From Eledone cirrhosa (lineage: Eukaryota), in NCBI GenBank assembly GCA_964016885.1, contig OZ024742.1, forward strand, positions 277,078,001-277,142,000: a stretch of DNA of 64,000 bases, in the 5' to 3' direction. The notes beneath the pieces are model-generated. The model was not told the origin of the DNA. It saw only the letters and a program-made list of their open reading frames with translations, and searched no databases. Both the position numbers and the translations under genes were made by a program. Shown here piece after piece: positions 63,053-64,000 of this stretch (its first letter is position 1; every line of letters starts with the position of its first letter).

Positions 63053-64000
63053 GTATGTATATCTGTTTGTTCACTATTGAAACCTTTGTTGGGTGGGAGC
63101 AGTATGACATTTTCTGAAACAATGAGGTTACTTCTGTATAGTTGCTTGGCCAAATCTCCATCATAACACATCTTATGGAAGGATAGACACATTTATATAG
63201 AAAAGGTCAGTCTCAATACATACATGCTACAATAGACTACATTATCTAATGTTCACTTCCTTTTTTGAAATCAATAACTCCTGATGTAGTTGTAGGGGCA
63301 CTATATTGACATAAGGTGTTTTGGGGGCATTTTTAAGCCTGTGTGGAGCCCATCCCTCTTCAGGTCTGAGTACACCAGATTTCTTCCACAGCAGGATAGA
63401 GATATAGTGGAAGTATCGACCCCAGTATTAGACTGGTACTTTTTTATTGACCTCGAAAGGATGAAAGGTAAAGTTGACATCAGTGGGATTTGAACTCAGA
63501 GAGCTGGAATGGGTACAACAAAGCATTTTATCTGACATTCTAACGACTCTGCCAATTTATCACCTAGACATATTGAATAATGTAATCTAAAGGAAAGGTC
63601 AAATGAACATAATAAAAACATTTTTAATAGTCTGTTTCATCAGGACTGACTTTGGACTAAACAACATATTGTTCGCAGGGCGGTGGATTCTATGTGGCTA
63701 CTCAACTTGCTAGAAATAGCAAGTAAATCTTCAAATCACAACCTACTGATTTCAAAAAAAGAAGTGCACATTAGATAATGTAGTCTATTGCAGCATACAT
63801 GTATTGGGACTGACCTTTTCCATATAAACTTCCTAAATGCTGTTCTTTCCATGTATCTGAAGTCAATTCTACACAAACCTCTCACATTATTTCACATGGT
63901 TTCATTACCCACCATTTATGCACACCATGAATGTACACCTTCTATGAATTGGAATCTTATAGTTTCCCAATGAAGATTTCATTTTCTTGATGAGACAATG

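Noticed and set aside
63053-63080. C-terminal YVYLFVHY of the AP1S ORF
   Set aside because: Intron read-through past the GT donor at 63053.

Overview
AT-rich eukaryotic (animal) DNA dominated by repeats. The (TA)n/(ATG)n microsatellites, RTE LINEs and tRNA-SINEs resemble an octopus/cephalopod genome; that assignment is inference. I can support two host genes. One is the first coding exon of DHRS12 (minus strand, 18471-18526, missed by the ORF track). The other is an AP-1 sigma subunit gene (plus strand), with a probable ATG-only exon 1 ending at 52166 and a 179-bp exon at 62874-63052. The rest is mostly transposon debris: many RTE copies, CR1-, R4/Dong- and CRE-like LINE fragments, SINEs, a Merlin element with TIRs and a 9-bp TSD, a hAT relic, several MITE families and two Helitron-like elements. 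The most notable unannotated signals are: (1) dispersed minimal type I hammerhead-ribozyme motifs in short non-coding Penelope/retrozyme-like units, including a 485-bp unit bounded by two copies; (2) many foldback palindromes; (3) a PHD finger inserted inside the RT region of the dominant RTE family; (4) minisatellites grown from a SINE A-box and from an RTE 3'UTR unit. Everything was read by eye; no folding or database search was run.
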